This document shows, piece after piece, positions 21,606 through 33,200 of a stretch of DNA of 64,000 nucleotides. Every line of letters starts with the position of its first letter. Position 1 is the stretch's first letter. The position numbers and the translations under genes are program-made. The notes beneath the pieces were generated by a model. It saw only the letters and a list, made by a program, of their open reading frames with translations, was not told where the DNA came from and did no database searches. The stretch spans positions 224,001 to 288,000 of the forward strand of contig CP000066.1 in NCBI GenBank assembly GCA_000002445.1, read 5' to 3'. The DNA comes from Trypanosoma brucei. Its lineage: Eukaryota.

Positions 21606-22148
21606 ATGCGGCGCACATGTTGCGCCACCACCAGTGCAGTGCTACGGTCGTTAGTTTACCTCCGTCCTCATGGACGCGCAAAACCAACCACATCAGGAAG
21701 TGGAAGGAAAGAAAGACAATTTAGCACCACGACAGCGAGATGCGAGTCCAAAGGGTGGCACCCCGCGAAGTTAGGAATGGATGGATTCACCGACGTCGCT
21801 TACAACACCGCAGCTGACACTTTTCTTGAGCGAGTTGAGAGCGCTCTGGAGACAATTGGCGACACGGACACGTTGGAGGATGTGAACCTCGCCGGTGGAG
21901 TGCTTGTGATCGAAACGACATCGAGGGGGACATTTGTACTTAATAAACAGGCACCCAATGTTCAGTTATGGCTTTCTTCGCCGCTATCGGGCCCGCATCA
22001 TTACGACATGACAACATCTGCCACCGGCAGTGTGGAATGGCGCGCAGATGCTGACGGGCATTCATTGGAAGAGAGACTTGAAAAGGAACTCAGTGACGTG
22101 GTGGGAACTGAAGTGAGTTTGAGTTCAGGGGCTGGAGAAACCGAATAG
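21606..22148 (+). CDS. FXN: Frataxin (mitochondrial iron-sulfur cluster assembly protein) with N-terminal presequence
   Basis: The frataxin/CyaY core is conserved: ...FLERVESALETIGDTDTLEDVNLAGGVLVIETTSRGTFVLNKQAPNVQLWLSSPLSGPHHYDM... (compare the canonical GVLTL..G.YVINKQ.PN.QIWLSSP.SGP..YD). The N-terminus is Arg/Ser/Thr-rich (MRRTCCATTSAVLRSLVYLRP) like a mitochondrial targeting peptide. Confidence 0.85.
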   Translation: MRRTCCATTSAVLRSLVYLRPHGRAKPTTSGSGRKERQFSTTTARCESKGWHPAKLGMDGFTDVAYNTAADTFLERVESALETIGDTDTLEDVNLAGGVLVIETTSRGTFVLNKQAPNVQLWLSSPLSGPHHYDMTTSATGSVEWRADADGHSLEERLEKELSDVVGTEVSLSSGAGETE

Positions 22149-22908
22149 TGTTGAACCGTTTGCGTGTGCATACGCGTGTATTGGGGCGTATGGCTGACCT
22201 GAGCGTCGGGAGCAACCCAACGTAACGTGTGGACGCGTGGGTTCGTTTTAAAGATGGGTGTCGTTCCCTCACGTACCGGGGCGAATGTGTGACAAGGGGA
22301 AAGGGAGAAAAAGTGATGTTGAACATTACATTTTGAGTGTTCGTTGATATGAGAGCGGATAGCGTGGCGTGGCGTGAATGGGTGGATGAACTGAACATCC
22401 ATGTGTGAACAGTCGCCTCGGGAGAATGACGAGGAAAATTGTTGTTGAATTCAAGACATAGTCCTGCGACAGCTTTGGTATCTGTTGAGTGTGTGTGAAG
22501 GTGGTTTCAATTCATTTGCGTGAGCATGTATCGCGTCCTTGTTGTAGTTAATGTGTGATTGTTTGTTTAATGGGAACGACAAGAAGAGGAAAAGGTGTCG
22601 TGACAATTAACTCCCATGCACCGCATGGTTGCAGCGGGGCGCCATTGTTTCCTTTCATGATTCTAACAAACCAACTTGAGCATCTTTTCTCACATTTCGC
22701 CTAATTGGTACCGAAGGGAAATAAAAAGTATATATACTTGTGATTAATATCGCCATTGATACTTAGGAAAGAAAAAAAAAAGGAAGGACGTACTGAGCAC
22801 GGTAGTAGCAAGTAGGAGGAAAACAAAGGAATACGGGGAGGAAAGGATAGAGTAAAGACGGAAATACAATAAAATCCAGTACAACAACTCTTTCGTGACT
22901 GCAAGAAT

Positions 22909-24711
22909 ATGTTGGTCGAGGAACAGACTGGTAGTGTGGTGGATACGGTCGATAGGACTAACCCACCAGCGGAGGAACCAACCCCGCAGGAGGCTCTGCA
23001 GGAACAACGCAGTGCAAACGCACTTCAATCCGACGGAGATGAGCCTGAAGCGGAAGCGGAGGCGCCTGTACAGCACCAACGAAGCGATTCCGACGAAATT
23101 CAAAACAGAAACGGGGTGGAGAGTGAGGAGGCGGAGGCAAGAGGACATGATGACTCCGCTGCCGTTACATTGTATCAAAAGATTATTGAGGGTGGCGAGT
23201 GGTCAGAGCTTCTTTCCGTCTCCTACGATGCTGTCCAGAAAACGCTCCATAGGGAGGCGGTGGAAGCAACAAATCTGCCGGATACTTGCATCCGCGTATC
23301 CAGCTTGCGCGCAGACGGCAATAAACTTTTTGTGCAGTTAGTGCTGTCGCTGGAAGAGAACGCCACACCGGATAAGGTGCAGAGTATTCTGGATGACCAC
23401 CCTTTTGACGAGACAAGGGCTCTCAGAGCGCGTCATGAGAACGGACCAGGTGAAGAAGACGAGGTTGCGGCTGCAGCCCGTGACGAGTGCGATGTTGGAG
23501 ATATAAATGGAAATACATCAAAGAAAGAAAAGAAATCTGCAAAGAAGAAGGTTAAGAAGTTACCGAAGGCCGTGGCTTCTCTAGTCACGGATGAGGCTTC
23601 GGAACAGGCAGCAGCTGCGCCCCAGAACAGGAGGAGGACGAACTACAAGGAGGCACCAACACCTTATTATAAGGCAATCTCAGGAGCTGCCGCAAGAGCT
23701 GCGAAAGACTCGAGGTCGACGTCGAAGACTCGGAGGACGCGAGGTGCCGCCGATGTAAATGAAAACCCCACTTCAAGTGCCACGCCTCGAAACATGACGG
23801 TTCCGCCTCTGTCGCGGTCTGCCATCGCACACTCCGTTAGTGCAACACGCGCCCTGAGCCTCGGGGACCGAATTTCCGCGGGTCGCGGGCCTCGTACTCC
23901 CCGGACGGGTCGCGCGCCGTCCATCCATACTCCTCGAGTCGGTACTAATAACCTGATCCACCGATCTACAGTACAACGCCGGTGCTTTGGATCAGCAGTG
24001 GTGCCCACCATTCCAACTGGGCCAATTGCTGCGCGACCCAGTACTGCGTCAGGAACCGCCGTGCCATTGGCGGCCGGGAGAGCCGAAAACAAAGAGGCCC
24101 CAATGCGCGCGGGGCGTAGGCGTAACCGCCGCAGTGTTCCTCCTCAACACGTTGTGTTCGTCGAAATGTCATATCGCAAGCGCACTGAGTTGCAAGCAAT
24201 GAATGCGGCGGCTGTCGTTACTGATGAAGAGATTAATGAGGAGAGCATTGTTCCGGCTGACGCAGCGGGGCGAATGGCAAGTGGGTCAACTTCTCCTTCG
24301 CGGAGACCGTTCAATAAAGGGGGTTCGGTTGAGTCCGCTGCGACGCGGCCGTCTGGAAGGGGAGCTGCTCTCACGCAAGATGCCGTTGATGCTGAAGGAA
24401 GTGCCGCTGACTCAAACGCCAGGCGTCTAACAGGACGAAATGTGACCGATACTAAAGGGGAACTCCCGACAGAAGTAAAGGAGGATGCTGAACCTGACAA
24501 CCGACGGCGAGTGGGGGATGAAGCTTCTGCGCCCGTGGAAAGGGATTCCGAGCAGGAGCCCGAGCCCAGAGCCGACAGCGCCGTCGCACCACCAACTGTT
24601 GACGGATCCAATAGGGCCTCTCCGCACGCGAGTGTGAACCGTAGCGAAACAGTGGAAGAAAAGGAAGAAGTGAGGGAGGAACAAGCTTCAGAGAAGGAAT
24701 CGACTGCTTAA
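22909..24711 (+). CDS. Hypothetical low-complexity acidic/Ser-Ala-Arg-rich protein (600 aa)
   Basis: ATG at 22909. It has an acidic N-terminal third (EEPTPQEALQEQ..., DEPEAEAEAP) and a basic KKEKKSAKKKVKK stretch. The C-terminal half is S/T/A/R/P-rich. The composition is coding-like, with no recognisable domain. Confidence 0.45.
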   Translation: MLVEEQTGSVVDTVDRTNPPAEEPTPQEALQEQRSANALQSDGDEPEAEAEAPVQHQRSDSDEIQNRNGVESEEAEARGHDDSAAVTLYQKIIEGGEWSELLSVSYDAVQKTLHREAVEATNLPDTCIRVSSLRADGNKLFVQLVLSLEENATPDKVQSILDDHPFDETRALRARHENGPGEEDEVAAAARDECDVGDINGNTSKKEKKSAKKKVKKLPKAVASLVTDEASEQAAAAPQNRRRTNYKEAPTPYYKAISGAAARAAKDSRSTSKTRRTRGAADVNENPTSSATPRNMTVPPLSRSAIAHSVSATRALSLGDRISAGRGPRTPRTGRAPSIHTPRVGTNNLIHRSTVQRRCFGSAVVPTIPTGPIAARPSTASGTAVPLAAGRAENKEAPMRAGRRRNRRSVPPQHVVFVEMSYRKRTELQAMNAAAVVTDEEINEESIVPADAAGRMASGSTSPSRRPFNKGGSVESAATRPSGRGAALTQDAVDAEGSAADSNARRLTGRNVTDTKGELPTEVKEDAEPDNRRRVGDEASAPVERDSEQEPEPRADSAVAPPTVDGSNRASPHASVNRSETVEEKEEVREEQASEKESTA

Positions 24712-24885
24712 AATGGTTCTGTGAAAATTGCCTGAGCGACTTCGCGGGTGTTGCCGGTGCCCGTGACGAAAAGAGGGGCATCAGGAGTCGAAGTCGACGG
24801 TAGCATTGACATGCTGGAGATCCGAAGCGAATGTGAGTTATGATACGAAAAGGGAATTAAAAGGCTCACAAAGGGGGAAAAAATA

Positions 24886-24930
24886 TTTATATATCTATAT
24901 CTATACATATATATATATATATATTTATAT
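24886..24930. repeat. (TATC)/(TA)n microsatellite
   Basis: atatttatatatctatatctatacatatatatatatatatatttatattttttt. Confidence 0.85.
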
Positions 24931-26933
24931 TTTTTTAAAAAATGAAATGTGTGAATAGTTTGTGTGAATAAAATAGGAGGAAATGAACTTGGTTTGTAAG
25001 CCAAGGAAAAGTAATAAGTCGAAGCGCGTATATGTCTGTGTGCACATTTGCGAAGGCAATGACATCCGATGATTGGTTGGAGTGTGAGGAATAAATTAGC
25101 AAGTCTTTACCACTTCCCAGAAGGGAATTCTTGCGGCGTCGAATCGAGTGGCATGCTAGCAACAAACTTTTCTAACCAGGTGTGGTGGCTTGCAACCGAA
25201 TTTTCCTTGCTACTCAATGTTCTACAGAGTGTTGGCCATTTCGCTTTTGGTTGTTTTCGCCTTCACTTACCCACTGCACACACAGATAAAATGGGATATA
25301 AAGACGGAATATCTAAGCTAAACCCAACAGTAATAAACGGGCGAAAGCGGGGAATGAAAGATATCTATTCGTTCCCTCTAGAAACAAAAAAAAATGAAAA
25401 TGAAAGTGAAAAACAGCTGCTGTGCCATCGGGTCACTCGCAATCCCATCTGCTGACATGAGAGTATAGTTGGCACGTGCCTGAGTGGGGCCTTTTTTTAC
25501 CACGGATTGTTTATTTGTTTTCTTTTTCCTTTTCCTTTTACTTCACCACTCCACTCTATTCTGCTTTGCTCCCTTTCCCCTTTTTGATTAGTTTTCGTCA
25601 TTTTTGATGTTTGTTTCTTTTATTTGTTCGGACATACAGTTTGAGAGGGAGAAGTAGCGGCGGAGGAAGGAGATGAGATGAAAAGGACGCCACACAGTTA
25701 AGCACATTATTGTTGAGAGCTTTTGTTGGTTTGTCAATATAAGTGCTCAACATAACACGAGAGAGGAGAGGGGAAAGGAACAGCAGCAACAACAACGAAT
25801 GATAATAATAAAACAAAACCGAAAAGAAAGGAGGGAAAAGGAAAAGGAAAAGAAACTTACGAAGCAATTACAATGTATATATGTGAATGTAGAAGTGTAG
25901 TTTCGGATGCTGAAGGTATTTGGTTGCTTCTCTGGTGTGTTGGGCATCATGTAATTAGGTAATCATTGCTCTACGCTTCTTGGTGTGCAAATGTGTGTGC
26001 CCACTGAGGGTGTTTCTGCGCTGTGTACGTTTATCTTTGTGTTTGCATGATGGGTTTTGTGTGTAGTGTAGCGGCAAAACATTAACCAAACTCGGTACTC
26101 ACCATCGGAATGCAAAGCAAGACAAAACAAAACAAAACAAGAAAAGAAAAAGAAAAGCAATATGACCCTCCTTCTCTATTTTTATAATCATTATGATCAT
26201 TTTTTTTTTATCTTTTTTCTTTCTTTTATGTGTTGTTGGTCGTTTTCGTCAAAACTTCATCCGCGATGTGCAGGACGATCAACGGAGTGTAAAAGATGGG
26301 TGGACGGAAGGAGATGAAAGGGGCCCATACAAGCGCACGCATAAGTGGTTGTGTTGGCAAGCTAAAAATTCCATATGAAACCGTGTGAGCATGCGCAATC
26401 CGTGCGGCTATTATGTCTCCATCGTTATTTCCTTTTTTTTTCTTCCTTCTCCCCTTGACTGTTTGATTGATTGGTTTATTCACTCATTCACTCATCCATT
26501 CTCTTTGTTTGGTCACCTTCCGTTGTCGGTTCTCAGTTTGAAAGTGTACATGAAAGGCAAAACTTGGAGACTTTCACTTCGTACATCAGTTGATGACGTG
26601 CCCGCCCCGATGGGTTTCCTCCCAAGTCCGTCAAGTATTTTCCTTTTAATTGGGGCGGGGATTTGACACGTGTGTGCTGCGCCATGCGCTCTTTCACGTT
26701 CGTATCTCTGTTTTCTTTTGTTTCACAATTTTTCTTTGTCACTTCCACACAAACACAACCACACCCACGCACGCACGCTGCGGCCTCTTTCTCTTCCTTC
26801 TTTTCGTTTTTTTTTGCCTTTTGTCTCTGTATCGCCTGGGCTGTCCTTTATTTCGTTTGAAGCGTAGTAATAGAAGTAAGTGGTGGGCGCTAAGGCACAA
26901 GCAAAAAGAGGGTGTAAGAGCGCATATAAATAA

Positions 26934-26938
<5 letters not shown>

Positions 26939-26967
<29 letters not shown>

Positions 26968-26976
26968 ATATATATT
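26939..26976. repeat. (TA)n microsatellite immediately upstream of the 27011 gene
   Basis: catatatatatatatatatatataattatatatatt. Confidence 0.85.
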
Positions 26977-27010
26977 GGAAGGGGGAATAAATATCACAAA
27001 TACATCGCTG

Positions 27011-28492
27011 ATGTTTTCGGGTTCTGAAGGCAGCGTTCGAACGGATGACACCAACGTTGAACCACCGCCAATACCGAAAACTCGCGGCCCGTTACTTTTT
27101 GAAGGTGTGAGGTTGGCGGGCGGCCCCCCGCGCAGAACACCCAAAAGATCGTGCTCTCGTTACTTTTCTGTAACCAGGAAAACGACTTCTGCGGGGACAG
27201 ATGAGTGTGAACATGCGCCACCAGGGTTTTCATTAGTTAATACACCAAGCACACAAGATGTTTCCCCCTCAGCGAAAATGGAACTGCCGTGCAGTGCTGC
27301 TGCCCATTATGATGATGACGATGATGATGATGATATTATACCATCGACTGCCCCACTTCCGACACCACACCCGGTGATGCACAGAGTTTTAGCAACAGGA
27401 CAACCCAATGGAGTGTCGCGGTTGTTGCCATTTGATGAATATGTTGTTGAGGAAGTGACACCGAGAAAATGTAGCAGCATTTCAGCAGATACAAGTGGTG
27501 CCGCGCCCTCCACCCCGCAAGGCACTGAACTAAGAGAAGTTACACAGGTGGAAGAACAATCACCGCTTCCCGCGGTTCCAGAGATGTGTGAGTCGCCAAC
27601 ACGATTTACGCTTGGTCCACGACTACCGGTAAATGGGGAAAAGGTCCGTATGGATTTTTATTTTCTCCAACAGGAAGTTGATGCGTGGGCAAAACCTATC
27701 GAAACGACAGCCGACGTCGAGTGGCACAAACAGCACCTACAAGAAACGAGGGTCGCAATGCGTTCCCTGCTGCATGAGTTGGAAGTACTTATAGCGAGAG
27801 AAGCCGCAGAACATGAGCGGTTGTGCATTGCGAGGGGGTTCAGTGCAATGGAATCCACCAGTGATGGCAAATGCACTTATGCGGGTGAAACCGATGTTGT
27901 GAGTAAAACTAGAGGCAAGGAATGGAAACAAGAGGAATTAGAAACGCTGGAGGCGTGGCGGGTGGAAAAGGGGGCACTTTTGGCACAAAAGTCAAAATTG
28001 CTTCGCGAGCACCAGGAGTTGCAATACCGTTTGCGCTCTCATTTAAGTGGTAGCGCTACTGGAAGAGTGACACCATCACCAAATACTAGCGTTAGCAGAA
28101 GTAACAAAAGTAGGGGAGATGAGGGAAATATCGGTGGGATGTCGACTCCACTCGACAACGGCGTGGCGCAATTACGGCTTGAAATCAGTGAGATGAATGC
28201 CAAGTTAAAGAAACTTGAAGATGCATACAAAGTTCTTCATGACAACCAACAATGGCGTCAGGGAGAGTTTGATGATGAATATGGCGCGTTATGTCGTGCG
28301 CTCGCCACAGCAACGGCTGGAGAAATAAACAACCGCACGGCTTTGCAAGATACCATTAGGGAGGCGGAAGGTGTGCGGGCAAATTGTCTCAGGCAAGGTG
28401 ATGCATCGCTTGTATCTCTAATGGAGCGTGGTTTGAGCGAGGCTAAAGCAGCTCTTAAATGCCACGACACCGAGCAATACGAAACTAAGTGA
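27011..28492 (+). CDS. Hypothetical protein with C-terminal coiled coil (first ATG of a TTG-started track ORF at 26975)
   Basis: MFSGSEGSVRTDDTNVEPPPIPKTRGPLLFEG... It contains an Asp9 run encoded by (GAT/GAC)n at 27301-27330. The C-terminal ~200 aa are heptad-rich (LEISEMNAKLKKLEDAYKVLHDNQQW...). Confidence 0.45.
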   Translation: MFSGSEGSVRTDDTNVEPPPIPKTRGPLLFEGVRLAGGPPRRTPKRSCSRYFSVTRKTTSAGTDECEHAPPGFSLVNTPSTQDVSPSAKMELPCSAAAHYDDDDDDDDIIPSTAPLPTPHPVMHRVLATGQPNGVSRLLPFDEYVVEEVTPRKCSSISADTSGAAPSTPQGTELREVTQVEEQSPLPAVPEMCESPTRFTLGPRLPVNGEKVRMDFYFLQQEVDAWAKPIETTADVEWHKQHLQETRVAMRSLLHELEVLIAREAAEHERLCIARGFSAMESTSDGKCTYAGETDVVSKTRGKEWKQEELETLEAWRVEKGALLAQKSKLLREHQELQYRLRSHLSGSATGRVTPSPNTSVSRSNKSRGDEGNIGGMSTPLDNGVAQLRLEISEMNAKLKKLEDAYKVLHDNQQWRQGEFDDEYGALCRALATATAGEINNRTALQDTIREAEGVRANCLRQGDASLVSLMERGLSEAKAALKCHDTEQYETK

Positions 28493-29217
28493 AGTTTCAC
28501 ATACAAATTCGGTAGACGTTCTTGCGGGGAAACGGTGTGTTTCCTTCAAAAGAGACGAAAAGGGGGAAAAATAATAAAGAACAACAACAACGACAACAAA
28601 ACAAAACAAAAAAAGAAGGTGGTGTCATGACAGGCCGGATCCTCTCCTTCTAACACCCGAGTAGTTGCCCGCAAGACGTGTTTCTCAAGCAGGAGGAGAT
28701 TCGGAGGGGAAAGCCTCTTGGTGTTATATGTACCTTAGTTTCCCTTCCATTCCTTTCTTGTTATTTTATTGTAATTTTTTTTTCTTCTGTGCACCGAGGA
28801 GCTCACTTTTTCCTTTTTTCCCCCCCCTCTCTCTCTCTCTATATATATATATATAAGGGAAAAGTTGATGCTTTTATGCCTGTGAAGATTCGGTGCTCGT
28901 CTACTTGGGTAGTGTTTTGCCTGTCCGCCTTTGTTTTGTTTTTGTTTTTGTTTTTGTTCTTTTTCTTTTTTCGAATTTCATTTACATTCATACCATTAGT
29001 TGGTCCTGTCAAATACTTTCATTATACTAAATCTTTTATCGGTGCCTTTCTGTCTAATGACTGGAATTTTTTACAAAAAAAACTTTTTTCCCCTATATTT
29101 GTGTAATCAGAGTGCGCGTGTACCATACGAGCAGTGGCTAATTAAAGGGGAAAACAAACGATATATAATTATATAACCGAAAAAAAAATAATTATAATAA
29201 ATAAGTAAACAAAAAAT

Positions 29218-30291
29218 ATGCCGGCAAAAAAGAAAGGAGGGCGTGGAAAGACGCTTAATATTGTGGACTTCAATGTTGACTACATCCCGGAGGACAATTT
29301 AGACTGGGCAGTTGTGGTGCCTCAGGAAAAAACGCAGGAGCAGGTGTTGGAAGAGAAACTTGCCAAGAGGGATTACAGTCGTACAGCCAACAATGTTCTA
29401 GTTGAAAGCGGTGGTTTCCGCGAGGCCCCATCGGAGCAAGTCACACGGCGAAGGGGAATAGAAGACCTGGAGCCACCATATGTAGCGCATTTTGGAAACC
29501 TCCGCAACGGAACAACCGAGGAGGAGTTTCTGCGTAACTTTCACGAAGATGTTGTTGTGACATCACGGCTTATTAATCAGGATGGTAAAAGTTTCGCATT
29601 TGTAGAGTTTAAAACGCCTCAGGCCCTTCTTATTGCCCTCGCGATGGACCAATCACTTGTTAAAGGGCGTAAGTTATACGTAGATTTAGCCACGCCCAAG
29701 CAGGTGGAACGGTTACGCGGCCATAGTGGTGGACTTTCTCGCCAAAATGCGGGACAACCCCAACAAAACCCTGCACTTCAGAACGTTAACTTAACTCGTG
29801 ATGCGTTTGGATCTACGCAACCGAATGAGAGGGAAAAGGATTTGGGCAGCCGTTCCGGGTTTGGAAGCCGAAACGACTTGCATGTACTATCCGACCTCTC
29901 CCGTGATACGCTAGGAACTGCTACACGACCAAATGAAGGTCTGCTCAGTCCTGTTGGTCCACCGGATTTTTCCAGTTGGCGCACGGAGGCCCCAACGGCC
30001 CAACCGGAGTTTCAACCGACGCTGCGGGAAAACCGCCGAAGTGAAACCGATTTGGACCGTCGCCGTGGACGTGGTGGTGGTGGTGGTGGTGGAGTTAAGG
30101 GACAAAGTTTTGGAAGTCTTGCGAATTGGCGCGATGAACCGATGGTGCAGGCACCTCCAATGGTGACAGCAGCTGCTGGTGAGGGAAATGCGCCACCTGA
30201 AGAAGGCGGTGCGGGTCGTAGGAATCGCGGGCCCCCGAGGTCTTCCGCAGCACCGGCGGAACCCTGCAAGTGGGAGGAACTGCGGAGATGA
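29218..30291 (+). CDS. RRM-domain RNA-binding protein with Gly/Arg-rich C-terminal region
   Basis: Single RRM. It has an RNP2-like YVAHFGNL and an RNP1-like KSFAFVEFKTPQALLIALAMDQSLVKGRKLYV. The C-terminal region holds RRGRGGGGGGGVKG (encoded by (GGT)7 at 30058-30084) and RGG-like motifs. Confidence 0.65.
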   Translation: MPAKKKGGRGKTLNIVDFNVDYIPEDNLDWAVVVPQEKTQEQVLEEKLAKRDYSRTANNVLVESGGFREAPSEQVTRRRGIEDLEPPYVAHFGNLRNGTTEEEFLRNFHEDVVVTSRLINQDGKSFAFVEFKTPQALLIALAMDQSLVKGRKLYVDLATPKQVERLRGHSGGLSRQNAGQPQQNPALQNVNLTRDAFGSTQPNEREKDLGSRSGFGSRNDLHVLSDLSRDTLGTATRPNEGLLSPVGPPDFSSWRTEAPTAQPEFQPTLRENRRSETDLDRRRGRGGGGGGGVKGQSFGSLANWRDEPMVQAPPMVTAAAGEGNAPPEEGGAGRRNRGPPRSSAAPAEPCKWEELRR

Positions 30292-33200
30292 GGAGACTTT
30301 CCGTTGATGTTTTTCTTCTTTTTTTTCTTTTTTTAACGGAGGAAACACGACCGCATGGAGAGGGAAGGGGCGGGTTTTTCACCCAAAAGTGGATGATGGG
30401 GTGCCAAAAGATGTTTAATGCTGAGGGATTATAAATGGAAGCAAACACACAACCTTCGACAAACCGGAGGTCACCTTCAAGAGTGGCTTGAGGAGGGGTG
30501 GGCGATGGAAAAGCAGGATAAAAAAAAAGTTATGAAAGAGAGAAAAAGGAAAATTTTTTTTAAAAGTTTATTAATGGAGGAATGAAGAAAGAAAGAAAGA
30601 AAGGAAAAAAAAATCAAAGAATGAAGAATGCCGTTTAACTCGTTCGATACGATCGCTGCGCACCCTCCGTCATATAAATCATTTGTTCGCCCTCCCCATG
30701 CCGCAACGAAGGGAAGTTAAGGAAAGTGTAATACCTTCATTGAAAAGAAGAGGGTTCCCGAAGCAACTGTCCAGCGTGAAAGGATCATTTTAAATGTGAA
30801 ATATTTCCGCTAACAGTAAAGCGGAAGAATAATACGAAGCAACCATTCAAAAGAGGTTGCAAATGCACAGTGAACATCAAGAAATAAGTGAAAACAAAAA
30901 GGGGAGATAAAAGTAACGACCGTGGAAATATCACATCATAAACAGTGCGTTAGGGGGGGGGGGAAGGTGATTAGAGCGTTACTTGACGTGGGGAGGAGTA
31001 ATATGCGGACTAAAAATAATATAGGCATTTGTGTTCGGAAGTGATTTAAGGTATAATGAACGCGTTATGACTATCTAAGGAAGGATATGCTTGCATTGCA
31101 ACATGTTTTCACACAGAAGAAGCGATTATAAGAGGAGGGGGACCACTCTTCAAGGCGCATTAGTTTCTTTGTTTTCAACAGAGAACTTTGCAAAATCATT
31201 TTTTTTGTTAACCTCTTTTCATTCTTGTCACTCTAATTTTTCTTTCCCTCTTTCTAAGGCCACATAACACCCCATCTATTTAGCTAACAGTAAAGCAAAT
31301 AAAAAAATTATAGATATTGGAGGCCATGAGTTTCATATGCTGCAAGGAAATCGAGGCAGTAATGGCATTCCCAGGGAAAGCGAAGAAGGAAAATATTTCT
31401 CCCAGCTTGTGGACAGATCCCAGTCGCTACGATTTCCTGCCATGATGCGGTGTTGGCGCCACCACCGCTACCACAAATGAAACCACTGATGACTATAACG
31501 TTTCACTCTTGTCGTAGGAAATGTCTTGACGAAACTTATACTTCGTTTGATTCTGAATTATTTATTACTTCCTTCACACCCTATCATTCGTCGCCCCTTA
31601 TTTACTCTTTCCGTTGGAACAATGATGTGAATCTATCTGTGCAAATGACACCTCTAGTCTGAAACACAACATGACGCGAGCACAAATACAAGTTATCCCT
31701 GGCTGAGTAATCCAACTCCATTCTCTGTCCCTTCCCTAAGCAATTCATATCGAGTTCTCTACTGAGAGAATTCGCATATATATTTTTTTTTCTTTTTTTC
31801 TTTACTTGTGTATTTGGGGGGGGGGGGATTCGCGTTCGGTCCGCGCGACCATTTGGGATGATCTTAACACGGTATCGTATACTATTTTGCCATCTTTTTT
31901 TTTTTTCTGAGATGAGGCTGAAACACTTGCCCCATCACTTGGAAACTGAAATAGCAATGGCGAACGACATGCGACGTGAATGCCCACTGTATTGTAGCGG
32001 CAATGCCTGGAGTGAGGAATGTAAGCAGTCACACGACCCCTACATCCCTCTCTCAGTTACAATTTAAGGAGGTGGTGGTGGCCGGTATGTTATCACTGAG
32101 GGGATCACATTGGAAAGGAAATGCGCACATGCGTTCTTTCCTTTGTCACCTTCTCTTTTACCCTCCACTATCACCCTTTTCTTTTCCAACCCTTCCCTCA
32201 TCGTCATTCCAAGCTTTCAGTGGCACAGTCATCGCTCCGTCTTTTCGGCGGTGCGAGCGCGTCCTGCCCTGTCCTGCGCCATATAATAATCTCCATCCTC
32301 AGATTCGCTTAAAACTTTATTATCTAGAGTAATAATCTTCCCCTACCGACGAATGAAATTCCAAGTGCATCCTTGAAACTTGTGGAGAAAAATTTGGGGA
32401 AAAGGTGGCCCTTTTTAGGTGCCGTGGTGGAGTCTTTATTACCATCCACTGGTGCTGCGGCCAAATCACAGTTCCCAAAAACCTCCCTGCCGGTTCCGCC
32501 GGTGCGACTGCGCTGAAAGAAAGAAAAAAGGGATATTGATCGACCGCCGGGAAGCTCCACTACCGTGCCCGTGCGGGCGCTTAACTTTTGCTCAAACGTA
32601 TCTCCACTAGGTCCTTGAATTCATTCCCTGAGGTTCCTTCGCCTTACATGGGAATGCTTCATTACGTGTTAAGCGGGAACTACGGCGGAGAAAGGCCTCT
32701 CCACCTTACGAACCGGCTCTCTCTCCTTTCCAAAATTCGTGTGAAAATACAGCTTCTGTGAGGACTGCTGCTTATTTATTAATTTTTTTTTTTTTGGGGG
32801 GGGGGGGAGGAGGGTCGTAGGGCGCGAGGTTTTTAGCGACATTTTTGTCTTCCCTGCCCTCTGCGAGTAACGAACGCATTCAACATATTCAGTGTTTGAC
32901 CCTCCATTGACGGTGGTGTTTTTTTTTTTCCATGAAGGGCGACGGCTACACAGAGTAGCGCGGACGGAAGTGATGGCGAGAAAGGCAGAAGCTCCCTCCG
33001 CTTCCAAGTCGCGAACTCACTTGGCATACCCGAAATCCCAGCCTCTATTAGGGCGTTCACTCTTTTACATCGTTTTTTTCACCTCCTGGAGTCTCGCAGT
33101 CCCGTCTTCACGGGGCTGAGGCCCCACTACTTGGCTATTTTCCAGCCATGACCAATACAGCGGCGTCCCGCACCGTGTTGAAACTGAATCATCCGTCCAA

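Noticed and set aside
26975-27010. Track starts at 26975 (TTG), 41391 (GTG), 42611 (GTG), 44864 (GTG), 57291 (TTG), 58258 (TTG), 60558 (TTG), 10964 (GTG), 19181 (GTG) as real initiation codons
   Set aside because: The ORF track reports alternative start codons as 'M'. For nuclear kinetoplastid genes the first in-frame ATG downstream of the CT tract/AG is the more plausible start, so coordinates were moved accordingly.
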